Below are positions 27,064-37,386 of a DNA stretch of 64,000 nt, piece after piece. Each line of letters begins with the position of its first letter. The first letter of the stretch is position 1. Both the position numbers and the translations under genes were made by a program. Source of the DNA: an uncultured archaeon (GTDB taxonomy: Archaea; Asgardarchaeota; Thorarchaeia; Thorarchaeales; Thorarchaeaceae); assembly GCA_964610875.1 (NCBI GenBank), contig CAZSWP010000003.1, positions 88,504-152,503 on the forward strand, written 5' to 3'. The notes below the pieces were generated by a model that was not told where the DNA came from, made no database searches, and saw only the letters and a list, made by a program, of their open reading frames with translations.

Positions 27064-28983
27064 ATGGTGTCTAAAGAACATTACAAGAAAATCAGACTCA
27101 TGGTTGGCCTGGAACTCCATCAACAATTGGACACCTCAAGAAAACTCTACTGTCATTGTCCTACACTCATCCGCGATGACGAACCTCATGGCAAAATCAT
27201 TAGGCGACTCAGACCTACCAAAAGTGAGATGGGGGAGATTGATCCAGCAGCTCTCTTCGAGTTTCAAAGGAAGAAGCGATTCTGCTATGAATACTACAAT
27301 GATAGCACATGTCTGGTAGAAGCAGATGAAGAACCTCCTCATGACATCAGTAGCGAGGCAATCGACATATGTCTTACAATGGCAGAGTTTCTAGAGTCTA
27401 CACCTGTAGATGAGATTCACCCTATGCGTAAAATCGTAATCGACGGATCAAATACAACAGGATTCCAACGAACGGCTATTATCTCTCAAGGCGGGAGTGT
27501 TGAAGTCGAAGGGAAAACGATTGGAATTCAAGCCATCAGTCTGGAAGAAGATGCGGCAAGAAAAATTGATGAAGATGACAAGAACAACATGAGAATCTAC
27601 CGTCTAGATCGTTTGGGCATCCCTCTGATTGAGATTGCTACAGCTCCAGATATCAACACACCTGATGAGGCGCAGAATGTAGCACTAACTCTTGGACTAC
27701 TCTTGAGAGCTACAGGCAAGGTGAAGCGTGGACTTGGCACGATTCGACAAGATGTGAACATCTCAATTCAAGATGGTGCCATTATGGAAATCAAGGGGTT
27801 ACAACAACTCGATTTACTCTCCGTGGTGGTAGAATATGAAGCACTTCGACAAGAACGACTACTAAATATTAGAGATACTCTCATTGAACGCGGAATTACT
27901 CCGGATACTATCAAGGATGATATCGTCAATGTGACAGCTGAGCTATCAAAAAGCGAATCGAAGGTCTTGAAGCGCGCTTTGAAAGCAGATGGCTCCATTT
28001 TTGCTGTCAAACTACCCGGTTTTGCAGGACTAATCGGTATGGAGATACAACCCAATCGTCGACTCGGAACAGAATTATCCGATTATGCGAAGTTCTGGGG
28101 CAACGTGGGAGGGATATTCCATACTGATGAACTACCAAAACATGGGATAACCCAAGATGAAGTAGATAGAATACGAAAGACACTCAAGACAGAAGAAGAG
28201 GACGCCGTTGTACTAGTTGCTGCTGCAAAAGAGAATTGTATAGATGCTCTTACTGCAGTTGTAGAGCGTGCAAGAGAGGCTGTAATTGGGGTCCCAGCTG
28301 AAACACGTACACCACTACCAAATGGTACATCAAAATACGCTCGTCCGCGACCTGGCGCAAGTCGAATGTATCCCGAAACCGATGTACGACCAGTAAAAAT
28401 CACAGAATCACACCTTCGTAAAATCAAGAAAAATATGCCCGAAACCCTTGAAGAGAAGGAGAAACGTTACATAGCTGAACACAAATTGAGCCAAGAACTC
28501 GCTTTACAAATGGCCAAGTCTTTGAATATGGACCTCTTTGAAAAACTTGTAGAAGAAACTGGCGAAAGCCCAACTCTGATTGCGGCCACTCTTGAGAATA
28601 CTGTTGTCAGTCTTCACCGAGATGAAATCCCAACAGAACAAATAACTGACCAGCACTTCATCGAACTTTTCCACATGACCAAAAGGGGGAAGATAGCACA
28701 AGATGCGATAGCAGAAATCCTCACATATCTTGCAAACCATCCCAATTTCAGTGTAGAAGATGCAATCGAAGCTAAAGGACTTGGTATAGTTGATCAAGAT
28801 GAGTTAACCGCAACCATCAGAAAAATCGTTAAAGAACGAAAGGACTACATTCTTGAAGCTGGTGATAGAGCTATTGGTGGTCTAATGGGTGCTGCCATGA
28901 AGGAGTTACGCGGGAAAGCCGATGGTAAGACTGTAAAGAATTTGATAGCAGCTGAGGTAAAACGAGTTCTGGACTCATCATGA
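27064..28983 (+). CDS. gatE: Glu-tRNA(Gln) amidotransferase subunit E
   Basis: GLELHQQL, RKIVIDGSNTTGFQRT, LEEDAAR, RMYPETD. Confidence 0.96.
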   Translation: MVSKEHYKKIRLMVGLELHQQLDTSRKLYCHCPTLIRDDEPHGKIIRRLRPTKSEMGEIDPAALFEFQRKKRFCYEYYNDSTCLVEADEEPPHDISSEAIDICLTMAEFLESTPVDEIHPMRKIVIDGSNTTGFQRTAIISQGGSVEVEGKTIGIQAISLEEDAARKIDEDDKNNMRIYRLDRLGIPLIEIATAPDINTPDEAQNVALTLGLLLRATGKVKRGLGTIRQDVNISIQDGAIMEIKGLQQLDLLSVVVEYEALRQERLLNIRDTLIERGITPDTIKDDIVNVTAELSKSESKVLKRALKADGSIFAVKLPGFAGLIGMEIQPNRRLGTELSDYAKFWGNVGGIFHTDELPKHGITQDEVDRIRKTLKTEEEDAVVLVAAAKENCIDALTAVVERAREAVIGVPAETRTPLPNGTSKYARPRPGASRMYPETDVRPVKITESHLRKIKKNMPETLEEKEKRYIAEHKLSQELALQMAKSLNMDLFEKLVEETGESPTLIAATLENTVVSLHRDEIPTEQITDQHFIELFHMTKRGKIAQDAIAEILTYLANHPNFSVEDAIEAKGLGIVDQDELTATIRKIVKERKDYILEAGDRAIGGLMGAAMKELRGKADGKTVKNLIAAEVKRVLDSS

Positions 28984-29080
28984 TTTTTTTGTGAGGACGG
29001 CAACTTTAATAGCGCAACCCGCTGGTTTGCTCAAACTGTGGAATCTGGGCTTTGTCCATTCCATTTTACCTGAGAAACGT

Positions 29081-29218
29081 GCCGCAGTGGCCTAGCCTGG
29101 CAGGGCGCGAGACTCATAATCTGATTGAACTACTCAATCAAAAATATGGGGTCAACGTCTCGAAGGCCCGAGATGAGAAATCTCGAAGTCGAGGGCTCGA
29201 ATCCCTCCTGCGGCACCA
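29081..29218 (+). tRNA. tRNA-Met(CAU), elongator type, with ~60-nt canonical intron
   Basis: GCCGCAG/CTGCGGC-ACCA; CGAGA-CT-CAT-A[intron]ATCTCG; CTCAT/ATGAG helix of the BHB motif. Confidence 0.88.
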
Positions 29219-29594
29219 TCTCTCTTCCAAAATAGATGAATACAATGACAATGCTACAAGTCAGGTATTTCTTCATGACTAGAATGACCAAATACAATCC
29301 GGACTCTCTAATAGAGAAGAAAAAGTGCAGTCATCAATTGAATTGGAATTGGTCCTGTATAGTAGAGAAAGTTGATTGGTGGAATTATCATTAGTGGAAC
29401 AAGGAAACTGCCCATCGGAACGATTAGTGTACAGGCCTCCAAAAATAGCGGTTCAATCAACAAAGAATGATTTAGATATCGTTTCACAATCTTTCCATCA
29501 ATCAATTTATTTAGACCTTAACGGTTGCGCAAAAGGGGTCGTAGGTGGTATACAATTCCTATCGACCGTTTCACCAATCTGATGGTGTTGTCTA

Positions 29595-31091
29595 TTGGAG
29601 AGAAATCAGGGAATAATCAGCGTCTTCGACAAGACAGGAATTATTGATTTTTGCAACAAAATATCAGAATATTTTCACTTTATCAGTACAGGAAAGACCG
29701 CAAAACTTCTCGAATCAGCCAACATACCTGTAAACACTGTTTCCAGTGTGACAAACTATCCTGAGATACTTGATGGGCGTGTAAAGACTCTGCATCCAAA
29801 AATCATGGGTGGCATCCTTGGGACTGCCGCGCACGAAACCGAGCTCAAACAAATGGACCTTCGACCAATAGGTTTGGTCGTTGTTAATTTGTATCCTTTT
29901 GAACAGGTCGTTTCAAAACCACATGCGTTCATGGATGCAATAGAGAATATCGATATTGGCGGCGTGACACTTCTGCGAGCAGCTGCTAAGAACTATCATG
30001 AAGTCATAGTGGTCAGTTCTCCTGAAGACTATGGTAGTGTGGCAGACGCGATAAAATCAGAATCGCTATCCATGGAATTTCGGAAAGAACTAGCCAAGGA
30101 AGCTTTCTTCCATACTGCAAAATATGATATTGCTATCAGTAAATATCTCTCATCAGAAGACAGATTTCCACCAAGTTTTGTCTTGGGATTTGACCGTCCT
30201 CAACACTTGCGATATGGTGAGAACTGGCATCAAGAAGCTCGATATTATCTCCGAACCGACAAGGAGCCATTCTTTGAACAAATTCATGGGAAGGAGGTTT
30301 CTTACAACAATCTTGTTGATTTCTATGCCGCTATCGGACTATTTTCTGAGCATAACGGACCAGCATGCGCAATAATCAAACACACAAGTCCTTGTGGTTT
30401 TGCTACTGGTGATGACATTGAAACTGCTTTTGATCATGCTTTTGCCACGGACAATCTTTCTGCATTCGGTTCGATTATGGGTTTCAACCGCCCGGTGACC
30501 GCTGAACTAGCTAGAAAAGTCAATGCAATGTTTGTGGATGGAATCATTGCACATAGCTATCATGATGATGCACTTGAGATACTGAAAAAGAAGAAAAACA
30601 TCATAATCTGCAATTTCAAAGAGTATGAAATTCCTGATTTGACAATAAGATTGGTTCCCAATGGAATCCTAGTTCAACCAACGGACACTCACATCATCTC
30701 AGAATTGGACTTCAAAGTGGTCACAAAGAAATCACCAACGCCTGAACAGATGAAGGAACTCATCTTCGCGTGGAAAGTAGTGAAATATGCCAAGTCTAAT
30801 GCAGCAGTCATAAGTAAGAGGACACGAACCCTTGGAATAGGCATGGGTCAGACTTCCAGAATCGCAGCTGTAGAACTCGCTTTACAACGTGCAGGTGATA
30901 GAGCAAGGAATGCAGTAATGGCATCTGATGCGTTCTTTCCGTATCGTGACTCCGTAGATGCAGCTGTACAAAAGGGAGTCACTGCAATAATTGCACCTGG
31001 TGGTTCGATACGTGACAGTGAATCAATAAAAGCTGCAGACGAAGTCGGAATTACAATGGTCTGGTCCGGCAAACGAGCTTTTTTGCATTAA
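29595..31091 (+). CDS. purH: Bifunctional AICAR transformylase / IMP cyclohydrolase
   Basis: SVFDKTG, GRVKTLHP, IDIGG, LRYGEN.HQ, KSNA, ASDAFFP. Confidence 0.95.
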   Translation: MERNQGIISVFDKTGIIDFCNKISEYFHFISTGKTAKLLESANIPVNTVSSVTNYPEILDGRVKTLHPKIMGGILGTAAHETELKQMDLRPIGLVVVNLYPFEQVVSKPHAFMDAIENIDIGGVTLLRAAAKNYHEVIVVSSPEDYGSVADAIKSESLSMEFRKELAKEAFFHTAKYDIAISKYLSSEDRFPPSFVLGFDRPQHLRYGENWHQEARYYLRTDKEPFFEQIHGKEVSYNNLVDFYAAIGLFSEHNGPACAIIKHTSPCGFATGDDIETAFDHAFATDNLSAFGSIMGFNRPVTAELARKVNAMFVDGIIAHSYHDDALEILKKKKNIIICNFKEYEIPDLTIRLVPNGILVQPTDTHIISELDFKVVTKKSPTPEQMKELIFAWKVVKYAKSNAAVISKRTRTLGIGMGQTSRIAAVELALQRAGDRARNAVMASDAFFPYRDSVDAAVQKGVTAIIAPGGSIRDSESIKAADEVGITMVWSGKRAFLH

Positions 31092-31214
31092 CCTGACAAT
31101 TTGAAAGAGTGCTTTTACTGTAGACAGATTTTTGAATGGTACTTCTCTAGCCAGACATAATCAGAAAGAATATGTTCTGATTTTGTAGAGTCATCTCAGG
31201 AGTGGTAGTAACAA

Positions 31215-32420
31215 ATGGTTCTCGCATTCAAAACCCTTGATGATGTTGATGTCAAAGGAAAAAGAGTTCTCGTTCGGTTAGATATCAATTGTTCTGTTGA
31301 GCCGGATACTAAGGAGATACTGGATGACACTAGAATTGTGGCTGCTCTCCCTACCTTGAATGAATTATCCGAGAGCAAAGTCGTACTCATGGCACACCAA
31401 GGTCGTCCTGGTAGCGATGATTTCATCTCTCTAGAACCACATACTGAGATTCTAAAGGAAAAAGGGATCAATGCACACTTTATCGATGACATCTTTGGTG
31501 ATAAAGCAAAGCAGGCAATCAAAGCACTAGAAGATGGAGAAGTCCTAGTACTTCAAAATGTTAGATATTTTGACGGTGAACTCAAGAAGGCACCTCCTGA
31601 AGAGGTTGCAAAGGAGCCCTTGGTACAGGAGATCTATCCTCTATTTGACCTATTTGTCAATGACGCATTTGGAGCTGCTCACCGTTCTCAAGCCTCTCTT
31701 GTTGGCTTCACAACTGTGTTGCCTTCCGTTGCTGGTAGATTGGTGGAAAAAGAGATACGTACATTGAAATCAGCGACCGAGACTGAGAAGTATCCTTGGA
31801 CGCTACTGTTAGGAGGAAGTAAAGTAGAAGACAAGGTGAAGATTTTAGACAAACTACTAAGTGTAGAGCGTGTAGATCATGCCCTCCTTGGTGGACTTAT
31901 CGGAACATTGTTTTTAATCGCAAATGGTGAAATATCTGAAACATATTCCAGACCTATCAAAGGATATAGTAAATCCGTTGAAACGGCAAGGACCCTTTTG
32001 GATAAATACCCAAAAGTAATCAGCCTTCCAAAAGATGCTGCAGTAGAGAGAAATAGGGAAAGAATTGAATGCAGTTTTGAAGAGATGAATGAAGCCCCCT
32101 TCTATGATATCGGTAGCAAGACAATAAACGAGTATGTGGAAATAATCAAGGAGTCCGCAGTAGTATTTGCTAATGGTCCAATGGGCTTTTTTGAGAAAAC
32201 ACCATTTGCTCTGGGCACGGAAAAGACTCTAGATGCCATTGCATCATGTCAGGGAATCACTGTGGTTGGTGGTGGTCACCTCGGATCAATGGCTGAAAAG
32301 AAGAAGCTGGATGATAAAATCACTCACATTAGCACAGGTGGTGGTGCAACTATAAACTTCCTCACAGGTAAAAAGTTGGAAGTGATAGCTGCCCTAGAGC
32401 AAGCTGCCAAACGGATGTGA
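31215..32420 (+). CDS. pgk: Phosphoglycerate kinase
   Basis: RLDIN, AHQGRPG, NDAFGAAHR, NGPMG, STGGGA. Confidence 0.96.
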   Translation: MVLAFKTLDDVDVKGKRVLVRLDINCSVEPDTKEILDDTRIVAALPTLNELSESKVVLMAHQGRPGSDDFISLEPHTEILKEKGINAHFIDDIFGDKAKQAIKALEDGEVLVLQNVRYFDGELKKAPPEEVAKEPLVQEIYPLFDLFVNDAFGAAHRSQASLVGFTTVLPSVAGRLVEKEIRTLKSATETEKYPWTLLLGGSKVEDKVKILDKLLSVERVDHALLGGLIGTLFLIANGEISETYSRPIKGYSKSVETARTLLDKYPKVISLPKDAAVERNRERIECSFEEMNEAPFYDIGSKTINEYVEIIKESAVVFANGPMGFFEKTPFALGTEKTLDAIASCQGITVVGGGHLGSMAEKKKLDDKITHISTGGGATINFLTGKKLEVIAALEQAAKRM

Positions 32421-32426
32421 ATTCAA

Positions 32427-32720
32427 TTGCAGACAGCAGCTGATCTATCATTCTGGATGCCAGTCATTTACCTATTCATAATCAATATCATTGCATTTTT
32501 CGCCATGTGGTGGGACAAGAGAAAGGCATCTCAAAATGCATGGCGTATTGCCGAAGCAACTCTTCATATCATAGGCTTCATGGGTGGTGCTTTAGGCATT
32601 TTTGGCGGAATGTACAAATTCAGACACAAGACCCAGAAGAGAATATTCCAAGGCATTGCAATAGTCAGTCTTATTGTTTCTCTTGTGATATACTGGTTCA
32701 TAGCAAACATGTACATATAA
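32427..32720 (+). CDS. DUF1294 family membrane protein
   Basis: DKRKA...WRIAEATLH...GG..G...FRHKTQK. Confidence 0.9.
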   Translation: MQTAADLSFWMPVIYLFIINIIAFFAMWWDKRKASQNAWRIAEATLHIIGFMGGALGIFGGMYKFRHKTQKRIFQGIAIVSLIVSLVIYWFIANMYI

Positions 32721-32774
32721 TATTGTAATACTTGTATTACCATCTTTCATCCCATGAATTGTAAAAAGAAGTAA

Positions 32775-32917
32775 TGGAGCCTCGGCCGAGATTTGAACTC
32801 GGGATCTCCTGATTTCTTGATCAAGAGACGGCAGTCTTCTGACGTACAAGTCAGGCGCATTCTAGGGAGTGATCCAAACCATGGTCACAACCTCTTAGAC
32901 CACTTAGCTACCGAGGC
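32775..32917 (-). tRNA. tRNA-Thr(UGU) with two introns (D-arm and anticodon loop)
   Basis: Reverse complement GCCTCGG...CCTGA-CT-TGT-A[intron]ATCAGG...TTCAAAT...CCGAGGC-TCCA; extra ~33-nt hairpin insert in the D-arm. Confidence 0.85.
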
Positions 32918-32980
32918 ATATACATGCGAAAAACTGAACCGATTATAGAGTTTTCGTCGAGTACACAAGAAATTCATCAT

Positions 32981-33526
32981 TTACTTATCATGATATACAT
33001 TGTCAATGATAATTGCGTACGCGAGAAGCATCAGTCGTGGTGCATCAGGGTCAGCAATATGAATGACATATCTGTCCCTGAAATTGAATGAGGGCGCAAA
33101 CACATCTTGCCACTTATCACCTTTCTTGATTTCAGCATAGACCTGTTTCTTGTCTTTGGGGTCTGTGATGGTGAAGTTCCACTTGGTTACTCCACCCTGC
33201 GCTTTGTATATCATCTTGTCATCAGCATCATACATGTCAATAGATCCTCGAAAAGCAATCATTGGGCGTTTTGCTCTTCCAATGAGTTCACCATCTTTAT
33301 CCTTTACATCATATATTGGCCGAGTACTGATGAGTTTCTTGTTAATAGTACATAACAAGGTATCATCTGCATCCAGTATGCTGATCTCGGCACGCATAGA
33401 GAGAAGTTTTCTCTTCATCGTGCCTATCTTTTGACCTTGGGGATTGGATATATCGCCGCCACCGAATTTCCATGATTTCTCCATGAGTACATAGTGTTCA
33501 ATTGATCTGTCTAATAGTGTCAACAT
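32981..33526 (-). CDS. LURP-one-related / scramblase-like (Tubby C-terminal fold) protein
   Basis: Repeated beta motifs D..G..IG...(R/K)K; WNFTI; DRYVIHI; C-terminal AIIID; ATG at 33526. Confidence 0.75.
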   Translation of the reverse strand: MLTLLDRSIEHYVLMEKSWKFGGGDISNPQGQKIGTMKRKLLSMRAEISILDADDTLLCTINKKLISTRPIYDVKDKDGELIGRAKRPMIAFRGSIDMYDADDKMIYKAQGGVTKWNFTITDPKDKKQVYAEIKKGDKWQDVFAPSFNFRDRYVIHIADPDAPRLMLLAYAIIIDNVYHDK

Positions 33527-33760
33527 GGGGCACCATATTCTAAGATATATAAGGCAATATAAGATAATGCTGTAAATAGGTAGTACAACAAGCACATGTT
33601 TATCAGGCAAAGAGTATACAATAACCATGAAGGCGAGTATCCCTCAGGCATGAACCCGCGTACCACGCCTGTAGTACAAACCCTAAATGGTAGACGAGAA
33701 AGCTAAAATAGCGCTCATATAATGCCAATCGTAAGATGATTTACCAGTAGGTGAAGGTAG

Positions 33761-34804
33761 TTGCAGCAACCCCTCGATACATTCTTCCAATACGTATATG
33801 GATTCTTTAACATACTATCAGATATGCTACAACCACTGGGTATTCCTTTAGGACCTGGTGATTGGTTTTTCCTAATCTATACTATAGTTTTTGTAGCAAT
33901 AATAGCTGCAATCGCACGTCGAGGTGGCAGCGGTAAGAGTGATGTTTCTGCTGGTGTCACACGTATCATTGCCTCTACTGGTGACGTTTCAGCTGGGATG
34001 ACTGGTACAAAGAAACTTAGTTTTCTGAAGACTCCTGGCGATGCGTTAGTATTCCTTAGGGTAGAGGAAAACGCTGTTCAACAAGCAATCACAGCTGTCG
34101 AATATTATGCCCAACAAGGCGAACTTGACGATTCAATGAAGGATCTTCTCATTGCAGTCTATCAGACTCGACTTGATGGTGTCCGTGCGGCAATGGCAAA
34201 GGACGAAGAACTCAAGGAGATTGTTGACACCGATGCAGCAATGGATAGGGCACGTTCTGATTACTTGAGAAAACTTGCTGCCATGTCTGGGACTGCAGTC
34301 GAATCTGATGAAGAGCAAGCTGGACCTCCAAGTGTTGGTATGCCTGATTCTGCTGAAACCACAACCACAACAGTTGCGGCATCCACACCAGATACAGCAC
34401 CAAGTGGTGGACCTCCAGGTGGTACAACACCAAGCGGCGGCCCTCCGGGTGGTGCAGCACCAAGTGGTGGACCTCCTGGCGGTGCTCGCCCAAGCGGTGG
34501 ACCTCCAGCAGGCGGCCCACCCAACGGTGCAGCTCCTAGTAGTGGTCCACCAGGTGGCGCAGCACCAAGCGGCAGTCCTTCGGCAGGTGAAACAACTCCT
34601 AGTGGTCCACCAGGTGGTGCAGCTCCAAGTGGCGGCCCTCCGGGTGGTGCAGCTCCAGGCGGAGGAGCTCCTAGTAGCGGTCCACCAGGTGGTGCAGCAC
34701 CAAGTGGTAGTCCCTCACCAGGTGGTGCAACTGGCAAGAGTTCATTACAATCCGAGATGCTTGCAGAGATGGAACGGCTCAAAGCCCTAATGAGTGGAGA
34801 TTAG
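33761..34804 (+). CDS. Single-pass membrane protein with helical domain, Gly/Pro repeat region and C-terminal amphipathic helix
   Basis: TM segment WFFLIYTIVFVAIIAAIA; about 10 PSGGPPGGAA-type repeats; ends SSLQSEMLAEMERLKALM. Confidence 0.75.
   Translation: MQQPLDTFFQYVYGFFNILSDMLQPLGIPLGPGDWFFLIYTIVFVAIIAAIARRGGSGKSDVSAGVTRIIASTGDVSAGMTGTKKLSFLKTPGDALVFLRVEENAVQQAITAVEYYAQQGELDDSMKDLLIAVYQTRLDGVRAAMAKDEELKEIVDTDAAMDRARSDYLRKLAAMSGTAVESDEEQAGPPSVGMPDSAETTTTTVAASTPDTAPSGGPPGGTTPSGGPPGGAAPSGGPPGGARPSGGPPAGGPPNGAAPSSGPPGGAAPSGSPSAGETTPSGPPGGAAPSGGPPGGAAPGGGAPSSGPPGGAAPSGSPSPGGATGKSSLQSEMLAEMERLKALMSGD
34396..34728 (+). repeat. Degenerate ~30-bp coding tandem repeat (APSGGPPGGA)n
   Basis: Repeated GCACCAAGTGGTGGACCTCCAGGTGGT-like units with mainly synonymous variation. 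Confidence 0.9.
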
Positions 34805-34951
34805 ATCTCCCCTCCTATTATCTTTCAGAATACTTTGTATAATAGAGCATAGTATACCAATACAGATTACAAATTCTATTCACATTTTTATCGTATATAC
34901 TAACAAAACTATCCTTCTGTGATTAATAAGTCGAAAATTGGACTATAAGGT

Positions 34952-35167
34952 ATGACCGTCGAGAAGTGGCGTCTTGTTGGTGGCCTCATCTATAAGTTGG
35001 CCGATGTGTTCGAAAGTGGACGTGATGCCATACTTCTCGCTAGGACGCTTAAGAAAGACCGATGTGTTGTCATATCAAAGACTGTCGAAGGCCGATGGGC
35101 AGTCTACTGGAGAGCGAGGGTTGAGGCTCAATCAACTTGTGAACAACTGTATCCCACCACCGCATAA
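34952..35167 (+). CDS. Small hypothetical protein
   Basis: 71-aa ORF with ATG after AAGGT; ...A..LA..LK....V.I......WAVYWR pattern. Confidence 0.5.
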   Translation: MTVEKWRLVGGLIYKLADVFESGRDAILLARTLKKDRCVVISKTVEGRWAVYWRARVEAQSTCEQLYPTTA

Positions 35168-35271
35168 GACACCTCACGCCTTCCTGAATTCCTTCCCCTC
35201 GCTCTCCTTGGAAAGAATTTTGAGTATATTACATACAGAGCAGATATCACTAGAATTTGAGTTGGTACTAG

Positions 35272-35955
35272 ATGTCACAAGTAAAACGCAATGCTGCAGA
35301 GAGTGCGGTGAAACTTATTCCGGAAAGCGGTGCTATCGGTCTTGGCAGTGGTTCAACTGTTGCAATATTTGCTGAGATACTGGGACAACAGATTGCTGAT
35401 GGAAAAGTCGATGTAAGTATCGTGCCCAGTTCATATCAAGCATACCAACTTGCAGTCGAGTATAATATACCCCTCACCACTCTCGATATCAATCCTACTC
35501 TATTACTCACAGTAGATGGTGCTGATGAAGTCGACAAGGAGCTCAATCTCACAAAGGGTGGTGGAGGTGCTCTATTTCAAGAGAAAATTGTAGCGTCCGC
35601 CTCTGAACAGCTCATCATAATTGTGGACGAGTCCAAGCTGGTGGACCATCTTGCAACGAGATTCGACATCCCCATTGAGGTCCTCCCGTTCTCTCTTGGG
35701 GTTGTACGACGACGGATTGAAGCAATGGGAATCACACCCAATGTACGGATTGCTGAGAGAAAGATGGGTCCTATTGTCACAGACAATGGTAATTTCATAC
35801 TTGACCTCAAATTCTCAGAGCCAATCAAGGACCCAGCTAAAGTCGCAGTTGATTTAAAGATGATTCCTGGTGTCGTTGAAACCGGCTTATTTGTGGGAAT
35901 GACTGATGAAGTACATGTAGGTACTGAAGATAGTGTATATGTTCTCAAGAAATAA
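35272..35955 (+). CDS. rpiA: Ribose-5-phosphate isomerase A
   Basis: GLGSGST, DGADEVD, KGGGGA..EKIV, TDNGN.ILD. Confidence 0.96.
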   Translation: MSQVKRNAAESAVKLIPESGAIGLGSGSTVAIFAEILGQQIADGKVDVSIVPSSYQAYQLAVEYNIPLTTLDINPTLLLTVDGADEVDKELNLTKGGGGALFQEKIVASASEQLIIIVDESKLVDHLATRFDIPIEVLPFSLGVVRRRIEAMGITPNVRIAERKMGPIVTDNGNFILDLKFSEPIKDPAKVAVDLKMIPGVVETGLFVGMTDEVHVGTEDSVYVLKK

Positions 35956-35959
35956 TGAA

Positions 35960-36059
35960 TGGCGGGCCCGCGCGGATTTGAACCGCGGATCCCTTGCTTA
36001 CTCCAGATTGTAAATTATCTTAGGAGGCAAGTGCCCGATCCAGGCTAGGCTACGGGCCC
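35960..36059 (-). tRNA. tRNA-Arg(CCU) with ~22-nt canonical intron
   Basis: Reverse complement GGGCCCG...CTTGC-CT-CCT-A[intron]AGCAAG...TTCAAAT...CGGGCCC-GCCA. Confidence 0.9.
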
Positions 36060-36117
36060 CTCAGAAACGTTTTCGCTCTTGAGATACTTATAGAGTCTTC
36101 GTTAGGCTTTCAGAATA

Positions 36118-37386
36118 CTATTCTGCAACACGTGCAGTTATTGTAGCGCCTTCTTCCAGTGCATCCACAATCATACTGCCTTGTCTAGTCTTTATCCTGA
36201 TTGAACTCTCTCCATTTCTGCCAATGACAGTGGTAAGCATGTAGTTATCATCAGCATAGATTTCCAGACGTTGTTTTGCATATTTTCTGCCAGCGTAAAT
36301 TGTTACTTTCTTCTTTGAATAACTGATTGACACTGGTACAGTTTCACCAGGCACTCCTTTCTTTGGAAACCTACCTCTATCCCTAGCATCTGTTTTTCGT
36401 GTACTCACAGGGACTACTACCTTTTCACCACCAAAAGTGAAGATTTCATACTCTAAGTACCCATTCTCAAAATCCCGGACTTCTACAACAGGTCTTGCGA
36501 GGTCTCTCTGAGAACTGCTCATCCCTGTTGGAAGTTTGACCTTGAGGGATAATGAAGACACTTTGGCGACCTGTCCGGCTTCAATATGTATCACAGTATC
36601 AACAGTGCTGGGTAACTGGCCCAACTCTACTCGTCCACCAAGAATGAGTCGCTGTATTGCATCAATTGATGAACCAGCGTGGACTACACCAACCATTCCA
36701 ACACCTGCTGACCGTAAGTCAGAATACGCTTCGAAGTCACTATCTTTCCGAAGTTCGTCATATATCACATAATCCGGACGAACCAGTAAGAGAATATCAG
36801 CAGCTTTCTCCATACTACCATCAAGTGGTGAGTATTGAACAATATCCTCTGATACCTGAAGGTCTCTCGGCTGTTCAAGTGTTTTGACAACATTACCTTT
36901 TCTACTATAGAACTCCGCCAGTGCTGCTGAGAAGGTACTCTTTCCAGAACCTGGTGAGCCTGTGACAAGCATTCCCTCAGCCCTGGTTTCAAGACGTTTC
37001 ATCAGTTTTGGACTGAGTTTGTAATCGTCCATTGAGAGCTTCGTTATTGGACGGATTGCTGAAATCTCGTATTTGTCAGCAAAGGGTGGCATTGCAATAG
37101 CAATCCTTAGATTTCTTAACTGAACCACTGCGGCTCCTTCTTCTTCTATTTCAATAAATGATGCCCGGTCATTATTAGCGACTTCAAGTATTGCAGCTGC
37201 CAGAATATCAAGTTCATCATGGGTGAGGAGCCTCTCTGATAACTCTACAAGGGACCAATCACCTGGTGACCCGCGTTTCGCTCTTGGTGGGTTATTTTCA
37301 ACTAAATGAACGCTCATAGTGTGGTCATCAAAGAAGGCGTTCAGTTTCATAATTTCTTCTTCATCATATATCCATTCATCATTCAT
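36118..37386 (-). CDS. PINA-like (PINc/VapC ATPase family) ATPase lacking the N-terminal PIN domain
   Basis: FFDDHTMSVHL...AKRG.PG, GSPGSGKSTF, KTLEQPRDL, LLLVRPDY.IYDELR, DLARPVVEVRDF. Confidence 0.85.
   Translation of the reverse strand: MNDEWIYDEEEIMKLNAFFDDHTMSVHLVENNPPRAKRGSPGDWSLVELSERLLTHDELDILAAAILEVANNDRASFIEIEEEGAAVVQLRNLRIAIAMPPFADKYEISAIRPITKLSMDDYKLSPKLMKRLETRAEGMLVTGSPGSGKSTFSAALAEFYSRKGNVVKTLEQPRDLQVSEDIVQYSPLDGSMEKAADILLLVRPDYVIYDELRKDSDFEAYSDLRSAGVGMVGVVHAGSSIDAIQRLILGGRVELGQLPSTVDTVIHIEAGQVAKVSSLSLKVKLPTGMSSSQRDLARPVVEVRDFENGYLEYEIFTFGGEKVVVPVSTRKTDARDRGRFPKKGVPGETVPVSISYSKKKVTIYAGRKYAKQRLEIYADDNYMLTTVIGRNGESSIRIKTRQGSMIVDALEEGATITARVAE

Noticed and set aside
34212-34790. 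Alternative-frame ORFs over the Gly/Pro repeat
   Set aside because: They are open only because the GC-rich repeat lacks stops; variation is mainly synonymous in the 33761-34804 frame.
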